Origin: a virus | Taxonomy: Duplodnaviria; Heunggongvirae; Uroviricota; Caudoviricetes | Reading direction: 5' to 3' (one strand) | Length of the DNA: 64,000 nucleotides | Virus record (IMG/VR): IMGVR_UViG_3300042398_001452 | Shown: piece by piece, positions 9,557-18,880 of the stretch | Layout: each line of letters opens with the position of its first letter | Numbering within the stretch: the first letter of the stretch is position 1 | The notes under the pieces: model-generated | What the model was told of the DNA's origin: nothing | The model's input: the letters and a program-made list of their open reading frames with translations, nothing else | Database searches by the model: none | Position numbers and translations under genes: made by a program

Positions 9557-10003
9557 ATGACTTTCGACGAATTTAAAGAAAAAGGATCAGAACTAGAAAT
9601 GGATTTAGGTATAGAAATGTTGGCAAGAAAAACAAAATCCCTTGAATCATCTTTGGATGAGCACTTTGTTAGCCTCTTAATTTTCCAAATGCAATTAAAG
9701 GTTATGCACTGGGGTACAGAATCATATGCCCAACACAATGCCTTTGGAACAACATACGAAACTATAGACGAGGGATTAGATGCACTAGTTGAATCTTACC
9801 AAGGATATCATGGTAGAATAGATTTTGAATGTTCTTGTGATTTACCAGGATTTAAAAATGTTGAATGTGAATCTTGGCTAGATTCCATATTGGATTGCTT
9901 AAATTCATTAAGAGGCGAATTCAAAGAATCTGATTTACAAAATATGGCTGACGAGCTTATAGCAAGCGTTTCCAAGCTTAAATATCTATTAACATTAAAG
10001 TAA
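9557..10003 (+). CDS. Ferritin/Dps-like four-helix protein (DUF5856-like)
   Basis: LKVMHW.TESYAQHNAF..TYE.ID...D.LVESYQG pattern, terminal KLKYLLTLK. Confidence 0.7.
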   Translation: MTFDEFKEKGSELEMDLGIEMLARKTKSLESSLDEHFVSLLIFQMQLKVMHWGTESYAQHNAFGTTYETIDEGLDALVESYQGYHGRIDFECSCDLPGFKNVECESWLDSILDCLNSLRGEFKESDLQNMADELIASVSKLKYLLTLK

Positions 10004-10052
10004 GATTATTTTTTTTATAAAAAATATATTACTACCTTTATAAAAAAAATGT

Positions 10053-11057
10053 ATGGCGATATTAAAATTTAATGAATTTATAAACGAGAGTGAGTTACCT
10101 AAGGGGTATAGCTCTTACATGGCTCTACCTGATCCTTTGAAAAACTTTTTAACCAGATATATCAAGACTAATGTATTTTCCAAAGTTATAGGATCTTCTT
10201 ATTTTGGTATTTCTTTGGAGGGCGAGAATTTATATTTCATATTAAACGATAAAAAAATACACATACCTTTTATAAAATATATTGATAATGAGGTTATTTT
10301 AGATAATGAAGAATTAGGAAATTTTGATAGCTATAAGAAATTTTTACCTGAACTAGGGGTAAGTCCATACGGGACGAGCTGGGACAATAACGTAGGAGCA
10401 TCATATACTACAAATGAACCTAATCATTATATTACTAGAATAATGGATCGTTTAGCTGGGGTAAAAGGATATGATGATTTACCTACATCTGTTGGTAGTC
10501 TTTTGGAATTAATTATTACTAAGATATACAATAATAATTCAAAATTAGATAAAAGTAATTATCTAAACCCTTTCGATACAGATTTAGATGAAAATGAGGT
10601 ATTTAAAAATTTAAAGATGATGGGGGTATCTATTGTATCAACAGAAAGACAGAGAAAAAATGGGACAATCCAACTTACTGCTGATTTTCTTCCGTATGAT
10701 CTGACAATAAATACAACGGGATACATTAGAAGATTGGCAAATACTCCCTCTCCATTGACAAATAATATAGAATTATCTAGACCCATTTATTCTAAAGAGG
10801 ATATAGATATAAAGCTGTCATACATATTCATATATTGTCTTAAGATTATCCTAAAAAATAACGGTATTCCGACTAGTACAATAAATTCTGTTGCAAAAAC
10901 TTTTACTAATGGTGAATATTCTCTATACGATGATGTTATAAAAGAAATAGCTAAGAATAATCCACGAATTGCACACGTATTGCCAGATCCTAATAATGTT
11001 ATAAGTACTTCCCTAAAAAGAGGAGCTGCTATTCTGGGTAGATTTAATATTTTTTAA
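10053..11057 (+). CDS. Hypothetical protein with capsid-targeting-like N-terminus and ILGRF C-terminal motif
   Basis: MAILKFNEFINESE ... SLKRGAAILGRFNIF. Confidence 0.6.
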   Translation: MAILKFNEFINESELPKGYSSYMALPDPLKNFLTRYIKTNVFSKVIGSSYFGISLEGENLYFILNDKKIHIPFIKYIDNEVILDNEELGNFDSYKKFLPELGVSPYGTSWDNNVGASYTTNEPNHYITRIMDRLAGVKGYDDLPTSVGSLLELIITKIYNNNSKLDKSNYLNPFDTDLDENEVFKNLKMMGVSIVSTERQRKNGTIQLTADFLPYDLTINTTGYIRRLANTPSPLTNNIELSRPIYSKEDIDIKLSYIFIYCLKIILKNNGIPTSTINSVAKTFTNGEYSLYDDVIKEIAKNNPRIAHVLPDPNNVISTSLKRGAAILGRFNIF

Positions 11058-11108
11058 ATCGAAACTTAACCTTCTATAGGACATATAAAGTTAATAATCG
11101 CTTTTAAT

Positions 11109-11480
11109 ATGTCATTCCACAAAAGAAGATATAATTGGTCAATAATAACTCAGAGAGTACAAATAGACAATTTTAAAGAATTTGATAATTGGATATTTAA
11201 ACCAGAGGCTCACATTTTACAGGATCAGGAATCATCAGATTTTTTTAAAGCCTACTGTAAACTTGAAGATTACCCAAGGGAATTACTTTTCGAATCCCTT
11301 AAAAAAGAATCTGAAGATTTTTATAAGGATTTGATTAAATGTATCAATGTGGTTTTTGATACTAGTAATAAAGAATCACACCAGGATACAGTAAACATCT
11401 ACAAGGATTTATTTATTGTTAAATGGGGTGAAACATCAGAAAAATATAAATCTATAATTGAAAATCAAAATGGAAGATAA
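11109..11480 (+). CDS. Hypothetical protein
   Basis: 123-aa ORF after class II promoter-like element at 11061. Confidence 0.6.
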   Translation: MSFHKRRYNWSIITQRVQIDNFKEFDNWIFKPEAHILQDQESSDFFKAYCKLEDYPRELLFESLKKESEDFYKDLIKCINVVFDTSNKESHQDTVNIYKDLFIVKWGETSEKYKSIIENQNGR

Positions 11481-11739
11481 AACACTAAAAGTTGACTTAA
11501 GCTCAACGCCTTGGATTAAGTGTGAAGAAGGTAATATGTTATGGGAATCATCTATGCTTTTTAAAAGACTATCCCCACTAATGAGTCCTTCAGGTAAGGA
11601 GGAATTAATCCCAGCAGAGATTATTACATGTAAGAAATGCGGAAAGGTTCCTAAATTTTTCTTTGATGCAGCTAAGGGTATCCCAGAAGATCTAAAATCA
11701 ACTTGTTCTGATTCAAAATCCTCATCAATTATCGGATAA
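11470..11739 (+). CDS. Small Zn-ribbon-like hypothetical protein
   Basis: ATG 11470 overlapping the upstream stop region; C..E and CKKCG cysteines. Confidence 0.55.
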   Translation: MEDKTLKVDLSSTPWIKCEEGNMLWESSMLFKRLSPLMSPSGKEELIPAEIITCKKCGKVPKFFFDAAKGIPEDLKSTCSDSKSSSIIG

Positions 11740-11748
11740 AAATCCTGA

Positions 11749-11785
11749 AATCATTTTTTTTAAGGGATTATTTACTCTATCTTTG
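11749..11785 (+). promoter_or_regulatory. Class I (early-type) promoter
   Basis: AATCATTTTTTT at 11749 and TATCTTTG at 11778 (29-nt offset); Bacteroidetes -7 consensus TAnnTTTG. Confidence 0.7.
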
Positions 11786-11810
11786 GGTAAATCATCTAAA
11801 ATTAAAAAAA

Positions 11811-12140
11811 ATGGAAACAAAAGAAAAATTTAAAAAACTATTTAATGATTTATATCATAAAGGTGGAAAATTAATAACTTTTTTATTAGTTTTTGGTCTT
11901 GGTTATTTTAGTTCTGAGATTTATCACATAATTAAAACCCCCACAACAGAAACTTCAAGTGCTCCTGTTCCTAAGTTAACTAAAAAGATAGGTAAAGTAT
12001 CTGTTGCAATAAATGAAAGGAACGAGCTAATGATTATAGACAGAGCGGACGGAAGCTATGAAATATACCAAGACTCTGTTGGAAGGTGTATATTTAACCT
12101 TTATGCAAATAGTATACAATCTAAATACGAAAACCAATGA
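11811..12140 (+). CDS. Single-TM membrane protein
   Basis: LITFLLVFGLGYF hydrophobic helix; 4-nt overlap with the SLT gene. Confidence 0.6.
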   Translation: METKEKFKKLFNDLYHKGGKLITFLLVFGLGYFSSEIYHIIKTPTTETSSAPVPKLTKKIGKVSVAINERNELMIIDRADGSYEIYQDSVGRCIFNLYANSIQSKYENQ

Positions 12141-12667
12141 AATCCTATTCATTAGTTTTAAGAATAGGATTAATAGGTCTTTTAACTATACCTTTTAGGC
12201 TTTATTTACAGCCTAAAAACAATCAAAAGATCATTTATAAGGTAAACTATGGGAGCGTTGATTTAAACGCTCCTACAGCTATTAAAATGTTTAATTCTAT
12301 TCAGAAGTATTCAGAAGAATACGGAATACCTTTAAAATATGCGCTAGGAGTAGCTTATGCTGAAACTAGATATCAAGGACCTTTTCATTGGAAATATAAT
12401 CCTGTTCAAAAGTCGTCAGCAGGAGCATTAGGACCTATGCAAATAATGCCGAGTACAGCTAACTCAGTATGGGGAAAAAACATACCGAGGAATGAATTGT
12501 CATCCAATATAGATTTAAACGTTGAAACCTCTATGATGGTCTTAAAAAGACTATACGAAAAATATAGAGATTGGAGATTAGTTTTCGGGTGCTATAATAC
12601 AGGAAGACCTTGTGTCAATGACTACGCAAATAGAGTTTATAATTTTAATCCAGGAAATAAGAAATGA
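12137..12667 (+). CDS. Lytic transglycosylase (SLT domain) with N-terminal signal/anchor
   Basis: AYAETRY (catalytic Glu), SSAGALGPMQIMPSTA, YNTG. Confidence 0.88.
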   Translation: MKSYSLVLRIGLIGLLTIPFRLYLQPKNNQKIIYKVNYGSVDLNAPTAIKMFNSIQKYSEEYGIPLKYALGVAYAETRYQGPFHWKYNPVQKSSAGALGPMQIMPSTANSVWGKNIPRNELSSNIDLNVETSMMVLKRLYEKYRDWRLVFGCYNTGRPCVNDYANRVYNFNPGNKK

Positions 12668-13365
12668 AATACGTATCAATAGATCTAGAAACAACAGGTC
12701 TTAAACCAGAGAGTCACCAGATATTAACCTTCTCAGGAATATTAGAAGACACATCAAAAATTCTTCCATATGAAGAGATACCAAAATTTAATATTTATGT
12801 TCTAAGTGATGATATCACAGGTAGTCATTTTGCGATAAACATGAATTCAGAAATAATAGAGCGTATATCTAAATACTTGATCACCAAGGATATCTCTGAG
12901 AAAATGGTACAGAGACGAATTGTTGATGGTGTATTTCTTTATGAATACGAGATACCATTTTATATCTATTTGTGGCTATTAGTACACCAGGAAGGAAAAG
13001 AGGAATTTAAGGATTTACTAGATTCTGAAGATTGGGGAAATAGAAGGACTTCTTCCCTTATATGTAAAATAAGAGACATTAAACAATCTAATGGAGACAG
13101 GAAGATTGGATGTAATGCAGCAGGCAAGAACTTTTCTAGCTTCGATAAGAAATTTATAGATGGTATAGATAAGATCTACGATTTTATTTATTTCAGACAG
13201 AGAGTTTTAGATCCTAGCGCTCTTTATATAGATTGGCAAACTGATGAAACTTCACCAGATCTTAGTACATGTAAAAAAAGAGCTGGTCTAGATGAATTTG
13301 TTTCACACGACTCTCTAGATGATGCTTGGGACATTATAGAATTATTTAGAAAGAAATACAATTAG
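12664..13365 (+). CDS. DnaQ-like DEDDh 3'-5' exonuclease
   Basis: SIDLETTGL (ExoI), NFSSFDKKF (ExoII), HDSLDDAWD (ExoIII). Confidence 0.82.
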   Translation: MKYVSIDLETTGLKPESHQILTFSGILEDTSKILPYEEIPKFNIYVLSDDITGSHFAINMNSEIIERISKYLITKDISEKMVQRRIVDGVFLYEYEIPFYIYLWLLVHQEGKEEFKDLLDSEDWGNRRTSSLICKIRDIKQSNGDRKIGCNAAGKNFSSFDKKFIDGIDKIYDFIYFRQRVLDPSALYIDWQTDETSPDLSTCKKRAGLDEFVSHDSLDDAWDIIELFRKKYN

Positions 13366-13371
13366 GATATT

Positions 13372-13608
13372 ATGAGATATGGTAGATTATTTTTAATATC
13401 TGTAATTATTATACTATTTACGTCCACTTTGTTAAGAGCTTTTAGAAGAGAAAGTTGTAAATATTTAGTTGTTTTAAACAGTAAAGAAAGAATAAAGGCT
13501 AAAAGATTAAATTGGTATAAATCTGGTTTTGTAGATATTAGAAAATGTGACGGTTCTTATACTACATGCGGTGAAAATTATATAGATACTATAATAATAA
13601 AAAAATAG
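13372..13608 (+). CDS. Small protein with N-terminal hydrophobic helix
   Basis: LFLISVIIILFTSTLL; in a tight operon. Confidence 0.55.
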   Translation: MRYGRLFLISVIIILFTSTLLRAFRRESCKYLVVLNSKERIKAKRLNWYKSGFVDIRKCDGSYTTCGENYIDTIIIKK

Positions 13609-13611
13609 AAT

Positions 13612-13929
13612 ATGGCAAAAAAGAAAAACAGCGACGATGAAATAATAAATGAGCTTTATAGAAGATCGTTTGCAGCAAGTAATCCCCCAGGTAACTGGGA
13701 TGAGCTATTAGAAAAGGCTGAATTAAACGAAAATGGACAGAAGGTAATACCTTATATGGATTATGAATGCGAGCACGAGAAACTACAAGAGATATTTGAT
13801 TCTGTAATGAAAGAATATAAAGTACCTAAATACCGAATAAATGCTTTCTCCTTCAATTTCTGGTTAGGATGTTCCCCTAAAAGTTCAACCCCTCCTAGTA
13901 TGAATTCCAAACCTATTATTAGCAAATAG
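13612..13929 (+). CDS. Hypothetical protein
   Basis: 105-aa ORF in a tight operon. Confidence 0.55.
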   Translation: MAKKKNSDDEIINELYRRSFAASNPPGNWDELLEKAELNENGQKVIPYMDYECEHEKLQEIFDSVMKEYKVPKYRINAFSFNFWLGCSPKSSTPPSMNSKPIISK

Positions 13930-14163
13930 ATGGAGATATTAGCTTATATAGGTTCTGCTTTTATCCTTTTTTCTTTTCTGCTAAAAGATCAAATTAAACT
14001 TAGAATACTTAATTCCATAGGTGCTTTTATATTTGTTTTTTATTCATTATATAGGAATGACTATCCGGTAGTCTTTATTAATTCTTCTATAATAATAATC
14101 AATGTTTTTTATCTCATTAAAAATATAAAATGGAAAAAAGGTATCAAGAATGTAATTCATTAG
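13930..14163 (+). CDS. Small inner-membrane protein (YgjV-like)
   Basis: Three hydrophobic helices, LRILNSIGAFIFVFY. Confidence 0.55.
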   Translation: MEILAYIGSAFILFSFLLKDQIKLRILNSIGAFIFVFYSLYRNDYPVVFINSSIIIINVFYLIKNIKWKKGIKNVIH

Positions 14164-14357
14164 TAAAATTGTGGAGGAGGAGACACTATCTAAAGGTTCC
14201 TTTTAGATGGTTACAATGGAAGTTTTTTTCTAAGAATAAAGAATTAAACGGAAAAACCACTTGGAGACTTCTAATTGGTATGGCTCAAAGCGATATGAGG
14301 TGGTATTACACAGAAGAAGAATTTGAAGAGATGTTTAAAAAATATAGAGATGAATAA
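14130..14357 (+). CDS. Hypothetical protein
   Basis: Overlapping operon member, Trp-rich. Confidence 0.5.
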   Translation: MEKRYQECNSLVKLWRRRHYLKVPFRWLQWKFFSKNKELNGKTTWRLLIGMAQSDMRWYYTEEEFEEMFKKYRDE

Positions 14358-14739
14358 TACACTTTACATAGTTAGAGGAATACCCGGTAGCGGTAAATCA
14401 ACATTAGCAAAAACTTTAGGAGGAAAACACTATGAGGCTGATATGTTTTTCGTTGATGGAGAAGGTAATTATAATTTTGATTTTGCTAAAATCAAAGATG
14501 CTCATCAGTGGTGTCAAGGTATGGTTAAAGGCGATATGATATTGGAATACTCCAAGATTGTTGTGTCAAATACATTTACCCAAGAATGGGAGATGCAACC
14601 ATACATTGATATGGCGAAAGATCATGGTTATAAAGTATTCACCATTGTGGTTGAAAATAGACATGGAGGTAAAAATGAACATAACGTTCCGGATGAGATC
14701 TTAGAAAAAATGAAAGAGAGGTTCGAGATCGTATTATAG
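14350..14739 (+). CDS. P-loop kinase (AAA_33 / polynucleotide-kinase-like)
   Basis: IVRGIPGSGKST Walker A, EADMFF, VVSNTF, HNVP. Confidence 0.8.
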   Translation: MNNTLYIVRGIPGSGKSTLAKTLGGKHYEADMFFVDGEGNYNFDFAKIKDAHQWCQGMVKGDMILEYSKIVVSNTFTQEWEMQPYIDMAKDHGYKVFTIVVENRHGGKNEHNVPDEILEKMKERFEIVL

Positions 14740-14758
14740 AAATAAACCTACCCCAACA

Positions 14759-14790
14759 AAAAAGCCCTCTATTAATAGAAGGCTTTTTTT
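14759..14790. terminator. Bidirectional intrinsic terminator
   Basis: A-run, AGCC.TCTAT / ATAGA.GGCT hairpin, T-run, between convergent genes. Confidence 0.75.
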
Positions 14791-14807
14791 ATTTTTAATG
14801 ATTTATA

Positions 14808-15344
14808 TTAATAACCACCTCCGAATATGTGGCTTCTTGAGCTATATCTAGGTCCTTTTCTTGTTGGGTGTTCTTTTCCACCTTCCCATTTTGCTTTCTT
14901 AAGCATTTCTCTAACTTTAGGATCGTTTCTAAGCTCATCTGCAACTTTAGCAGTTAACTCTTCTTGTCTGTCAATAAGATTAGGATCTTTCTTGATCATC
15001 GCTTTAACTCTTTGCTCAGCTTCAGCTTTAATCCATTGCTTATTAGTTCTCCATCCTTCTAACCAAGTACCTCCAAGAGCTAAAGTAACAAGTCCTGCAA
15101 TTACACTAGGGAAAAGAATAAAGAAGTCAGTCATAGTAATTAAACCATCAGATCCTAGGAATTCATATATTTTTCCTTCGTTCATTCCCTCTTCTTCTAG
15201 ATCTGATTGAACCATTCTTAAAAGCTCCTCTGGATCTACTCCCATTTTAGAAGCCATATCTCTAACAAAATTCTTAGATGATTTTTTTAATCCTTCATTC
15301 ATTCCAGAACCAAGGAAGCTTTCGAATTGTTGTATATTTCTCAT
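14808..15344 (-). CDS. Single-TM protein with capsid-targeting-like N-terminus
   Basis: MRNIQQFESFL..MNEG; hydrophobic FFILFPSVIAGLVTLALGG; GATATATA at 15377-15370(-). Confidence 0.6.
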   Translation of the reverse strand: MRNIQQFESFLGSGMNEGLKKSSKNFVRDMASKMGVDPEELLRMVQSDLEEEGMNEGKIYEFLGSDGLITMTDFFILFPSVIAGLVTLALGGTWLEGWRTNKQWIKAEAEQRVKAMIKKDPNLIDRQEELTAKVADELRNDPKVREMLKKAKWEGGKEHPTRKGPRYSSRSHIFGGGY

Positions 15345-15394
15345 TTTTAAAAAAGTTATTTTTTTATTCTATATATCTTTCGTTCTAATATTTT

Positions 15395-16105
15395 TTATAC
15401 TGGTAAAACGTATTTACCATTTTTCTTAAAAAATGAATCCATCAGCGATATTGATTTTTTATATCCATCCTGAAAATTCCCACTAGATCCTGCAACCTTT
15501 TTTATAAAATACGTAACAGCTTCTTGTGGTGTTTTAAATTTAGTTGATTTTGGTTTGTAATTAGTGTAAGCTTTTATTGAAGCTTTTAAAGCTTTAGCAG
15601 CTCCCTCCGGAGTTTCTATTTCTTTAGGGTCTTTAAATCCTAATGCTTCATAATATTTTTTACCAGTTAATTGTGTATAACCTCCTCCTCTGTATTTATA
15701 TCCATCACTATCTGTGTGTCCGAATTCTTTTCCTGGAGCTGTGTCCGGCCCATAAACAAGATCATAAAAAGTTTTTTCTCTAGTGTTTTTTAATTTCACT
15801 GAACTTCCTACATAATCCTTAAGTATAGGAAATGCTCTTTTTAACCACGCCTCATCATCTGGTAGATTTTTTGTTGTTTCTCTTACGTTCTGAAATCCAC
15901 TTTCTTTACCCATTACACATAAGAAGCCAATCATAGCATTATTATCAGTAAGGCCCTCTTCTTTCATAACCTTTATGATTGCTTTTATATTATTATTTAT
16001 GATCTCAGCTTTTTTAGGATCTGATGTTTTACTTATAGTATTAGAATAATCATTAACGCTTTCCAATACATAATTAAAATCATTATATCCCTTTATGTGT
16101 TTCAT
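15395..16105 (-). CDS. Glycoside hydrolase family 19-like (chitinase/lysozyme) with capsid-targeting-like N-terminus
   Basis: KESGF..VRE, DGYKYRGGGYTQLTGKKYY; N-term MKHIKGYNDFNYVLES. Confidence 0.75.
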   Translation of the reverse strand: MKHIKGYNDFNYVLESVNDYSNTISKTSDPKKAEIINNNIKAIIKVMKEEGLTDNNAMIGFLCVMGKESGFQNVRETTKNLPDDEAWLKRAFPILKDYVGSSVKLKNTREKTFYDLVYGPDTAPGKEFGHTDSDGYKYRGGGYTQLTGKKYYEALGFKDPKEIETPEGAAKALKASIKAYTNYKPKSTKFKTPQEAVTYFIKKVAGSSGNFQDGYKKSISLMDSFFKKNGKYVLPV

Positions 16106-16190
16106 AAAATCTATTTATTATTATTATATATCTCATATCAAAGATTGTGAAAGTGGGATATATTGGGATATATAAGAAAAATGGAATATT

Positions 16191-16346
16191 ATGAAATTTA
16201 AAAATTCATGGAAATCTAAAACAAAACAATGGGACAAACTCGAAATAAATGTAAGAGTTGGTGCTATTACTGTATTTAATCTAGGATTAGATTGGTCTAA
16301 AAGAAAATTCGCTCTTTCAATAATGAACTTTAAAATAAGCAATTAA
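16191..16346 (+). CDS. Small hypothetical protein (51 aa, not in ORF track)
   Basis: MKFKNSWKSKTKQWDKLEINVRVGAITVFNLGLDWSKRKFALSIMNFKISN; after GATATATA 16167-16174; stop 1 nt before next ATG. Confidence 0.6.
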   Translation: MKFKNSWKSKTKQWDKLEINVRVGAITVFNLGLDWSKRKFALSIMNFKISN

Positions 16347-16347
16347 T

Positions 16348-16674
16348 ATGATGATCCCTTCTATTAAAAGATACGAACAATATATTGCTGAAAAGAAAAA
16401 ATCAAAAAACATAACAGGAACTAATGAGGGTCATGATGGATCTGAAAACTATATGTTCTTTGCTAATATAAGTAATATAAAAAGAATGTGTGAGGAAATG
16501 CTAGAAATGGACTCATCTAAAGTTGATTCTCTTCTTAGTGATGGACACGGATGGGCTACGGATCATATAGCAACATCTAAAGATGATGTTGAAGAAGTAT
16601 ATGGCTTTTTAAAATCTAGTATGGATATCAAGAAAGGAGCCAATGGATTAATATCCGATGGTGAAAATTGTTAA
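16348..16674 (+). CDS. Hypothetical protein with capsid-targeting-like N-terminus
   Basis: SIKRYEQYIAE closely resembles T4 MKTYQEFIAE; NYMFF..DGHGWATDHI core. Confidence 0.6.
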   Translation: MMIPSIKRYEQYIAEKKKSKNITGTNEGHDGSENYMFFANISNIKRMCEEMLEMDSSKVDSLLSDGHGWATDHIATSKDDVEEVYGFLKSSMDIKKGANGLISDGENC

Positions 16675-16693
16675 AAAATAAATTATAATAATC

Positions 16694-18847
16694 ATGAGAT
16701 ATATTTCATTATTTGACAATTTTGGATCAGTAGACGAATCATATAATTTTGATAGCGATTCTCTGTTTGAGTCTAAAATAAATCAAATGCTAACCCTTAG
16801 ACAAAATGGATGTGCACCAGGGATGACCTTAAATGAATTTAAGGATATGTTCAGAAACGACACTCTATTGGAAAGCAGAGGATATGATGAATCGGAGGCT
16901 TTGCTAGAGAAAGCACATAGTGTATATGAGTTAGGGATGTTACAGGAGTCTAAATCACATTGGTTCGACGATGATAAGCCTCTTATGTATGATCATTCTC
17001 GAGGTGTTATTTCTTACCTCGAATTTGAAGGGAATATTTTAATGTTTAAAGAAGGAGAAGCTTTTGCTATATCTGAAAGATCCTTAAAAATGCTTAAGGA
17101 AAATGATCAATCAATAAATGAGGATCTTTTCAATGAGGTAATAGGAGATAGACTATATGAATATTCATTTGGTGATTTCTGTAATGATGTGGGAGGAGCA
17201 GTAAAAGGAGGGGTTGAATGGGTAGATACTAACGTTGTTCAACCTGTTAAGAAAGTAGTTAAGGAATACGTAATAGATCCTTTAAAGAAAGCTTGGGATG
17301 CTTTAACAGACGGAGCAAAAAAATTATACGAATTTTCTAAAAAAGTTCTAAATGCTGTATTAACATTTGTTAGTGAGAATTGGCAAGATATAGCATTTTA
17401 CGCTTCTGTTGCTTTACAAGTTATTGCAGGTATAATAGCATTTATTCCTGCTGCTGGGCAAGTGGCTGGACCAGTTTGTTTAATAATAGCTGGAATTATA
17501 CAAGTATTTACTGGAGGATATGATATTTACGAAGGAGTAAAAATAACAAAAGAATGTCCAGTTGATCCAATAAAAAAAGCTGCTCCAGAATTTGTAAAAG
17601 GTGGAGCTAAACTTCTAGGAGGATCTGTTAGTTTACTTTTAGGAATACATGATATTTCTACAAGTGCAAAAGCAGCAGTACCTGGTGCTGCAGCTACTAG
17701 TACTGCAGTTGCTATACCTGCAAAATCATGGGTTACGAAAACAATCACTAGCTTAAAAGGAACAGGAGCAGCAGTGGGGATGTTCGAAACTTTAATAAAA
17801 TTTTTAGTTGAAACCGCTGGAACCGCTGCTAGCAAGGCTGTTAGTAAAAAAGTTATTGCTGGGGGTTCAAAATATGCTGTATCAAAGGGTACAGTTTTAG
17901 CTGGTACAGCATTAACAAAGGCAGCAACAGAGATTATAGGTAAAAAATTAGGAGATAAGGCAAATGAGTCAGCAGTTCCTATGCTATGTATAGCAGGACA
18001 ATATGCTTTGGGGTGGCTATGGGATATTATATTAGGAGCAATATCCGGTATAGGTAAATTAATGAACGGGTTATTAGAATTACCGACTAAAATAGTTAAT
18101 GCTATAGATAATTTTAACAAGGAGTATTCAGATACCACATTCGGTTGGGTAGTTGGTGGGGCTTTAAGAACATTTGTAAAACCAGTTGCTAAAGTTTTTT
18201 CTTGGTTATGTGAGAATAAAATAAAACCACTAATTAAGCCTGTTACTAATTGGATGATATCTTTAGGAAAAAATAATAAATCAATAAAGCAATCAGTAGA
18301 AAGTAAGCCATCACTAAAAGCTGCAGTTAGTGGAGGTAAAATACCTGCTCCTAAAGGAGGAATACCAGCAGAAAAGATTCAGCTAACAGCAGAGGATAAA
18401 CAAAATCTAGCTAAAATACAAGCATCTAAATCCGGGCAATCTGCAGATAAATCTATAGCCAAAGAAGGAGGATTCTTTGATGATACATTTAAAAAAATAC
18501 AAGCATCTATAAGAGCTAAAGTAAAGGTTCAACAGGAGAAGTTATTTAAAGATAAATTCCCAGGTATTATTATAAATAAATCCGAAGGAGAATGGAAAAC
18601 CTTAAACGACGGTACTTTGTGCTTTAAATATAAATCTAAATCTGCACACGGATCGGTTGTTCTTTATAACAACGGAAGGTATCAGGTTAAAGATGGTCCT
18701 AACGAAGGAGTTAAGGGTGACTATACAGCTAAAAAGAATATAGATCTTAAAGCACCTAAAGAAGGATTTAAAAAACCTAAAAAGGGTGATAAAAAGAATG
18801 AATCTAGAAATTACATAAGCACTTTCGAATCATTTTCTTTCTCTTAA
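16694..18847 (+). CDS. Large Ala/Gly-rich hydrophobic protein, candidate internal virion/ejection protein (paralog 1)
   Basis: MRYISLFDNF..VDESY; amphipathic helices, hydrophobic hairpins (VALQVIAGIIAFIPAAGQVAGPVCLIIAGII), Lys-rich tail. Confidence 0.55.
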   Translation: MRYISLFDNFGSVDESYNFDSDSLFESKINQMLTLRQNGCAPGMTLNEFKDMFRNDTLLESRGYDESEALLEKAHSVYELGMLQESKSHWFDDDKPLMYDHSRGVISYLEFEGNILMFKEGEAFAISERSLKMLKENDQSINEDLFNEVIGDRLYEYSFGDFCNDVGGAVKGGVEWVDTNVVQPVKKVVKEYVIDPLKKAWDALTDGAKKLYEFSKKVLNAVLTFVSENWQDIAFYASVALQVIAGIIAFIPAAGQVAGPVCLIIAGIIQVFTGGYDIYEGVKITKECPVDPIKKAAPEFVKGGAKLLGGSVSLLLGIHDISTSAKAAVPGAAATSTAVAIPAKSWVTKTITSLKGTGAAVGMFETLIKFLVETAGTAASKAVSKKVIAGGSKYAVSKGTVLAGTALTKAATEIIGKKLGDKANESAVPMLCIAGQYALGWLWDIILGAISGIGKLMNGLLELPTKIVNAIDNFNKEYSDTTFGWVVGGALRTFVKPVAKVFSWLCENKIKPLIKPVTNWMISLGKNNKSIKQSVESKPSLKAAVSGGKIPAPKGGIPAEKIQLTAEDKQNLAKIQASKSGQSADKSIAKEGGFFDDTFKKIQASIRAKVKVQQEKLFKDKFPGIIINKSEGEWKTLNDGTLCFKYKSKSAHGSVVLYNNGRYQVKDGPNEGVKGDYTAKKNIDLKAPKEGFKKPKKGDKKNESRNYISTFESFSFS

Positions 18848-18880
18848 ATGATATATAACAAGTAAAAAAAATTATAAAAG

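Noticed and set aside
16133-16342. Minus-strand 69-aa track ORF
   Set aside because: The + strand ORF 16191-16346 has the GATATATA box and abuts the next gene, so it is preferred
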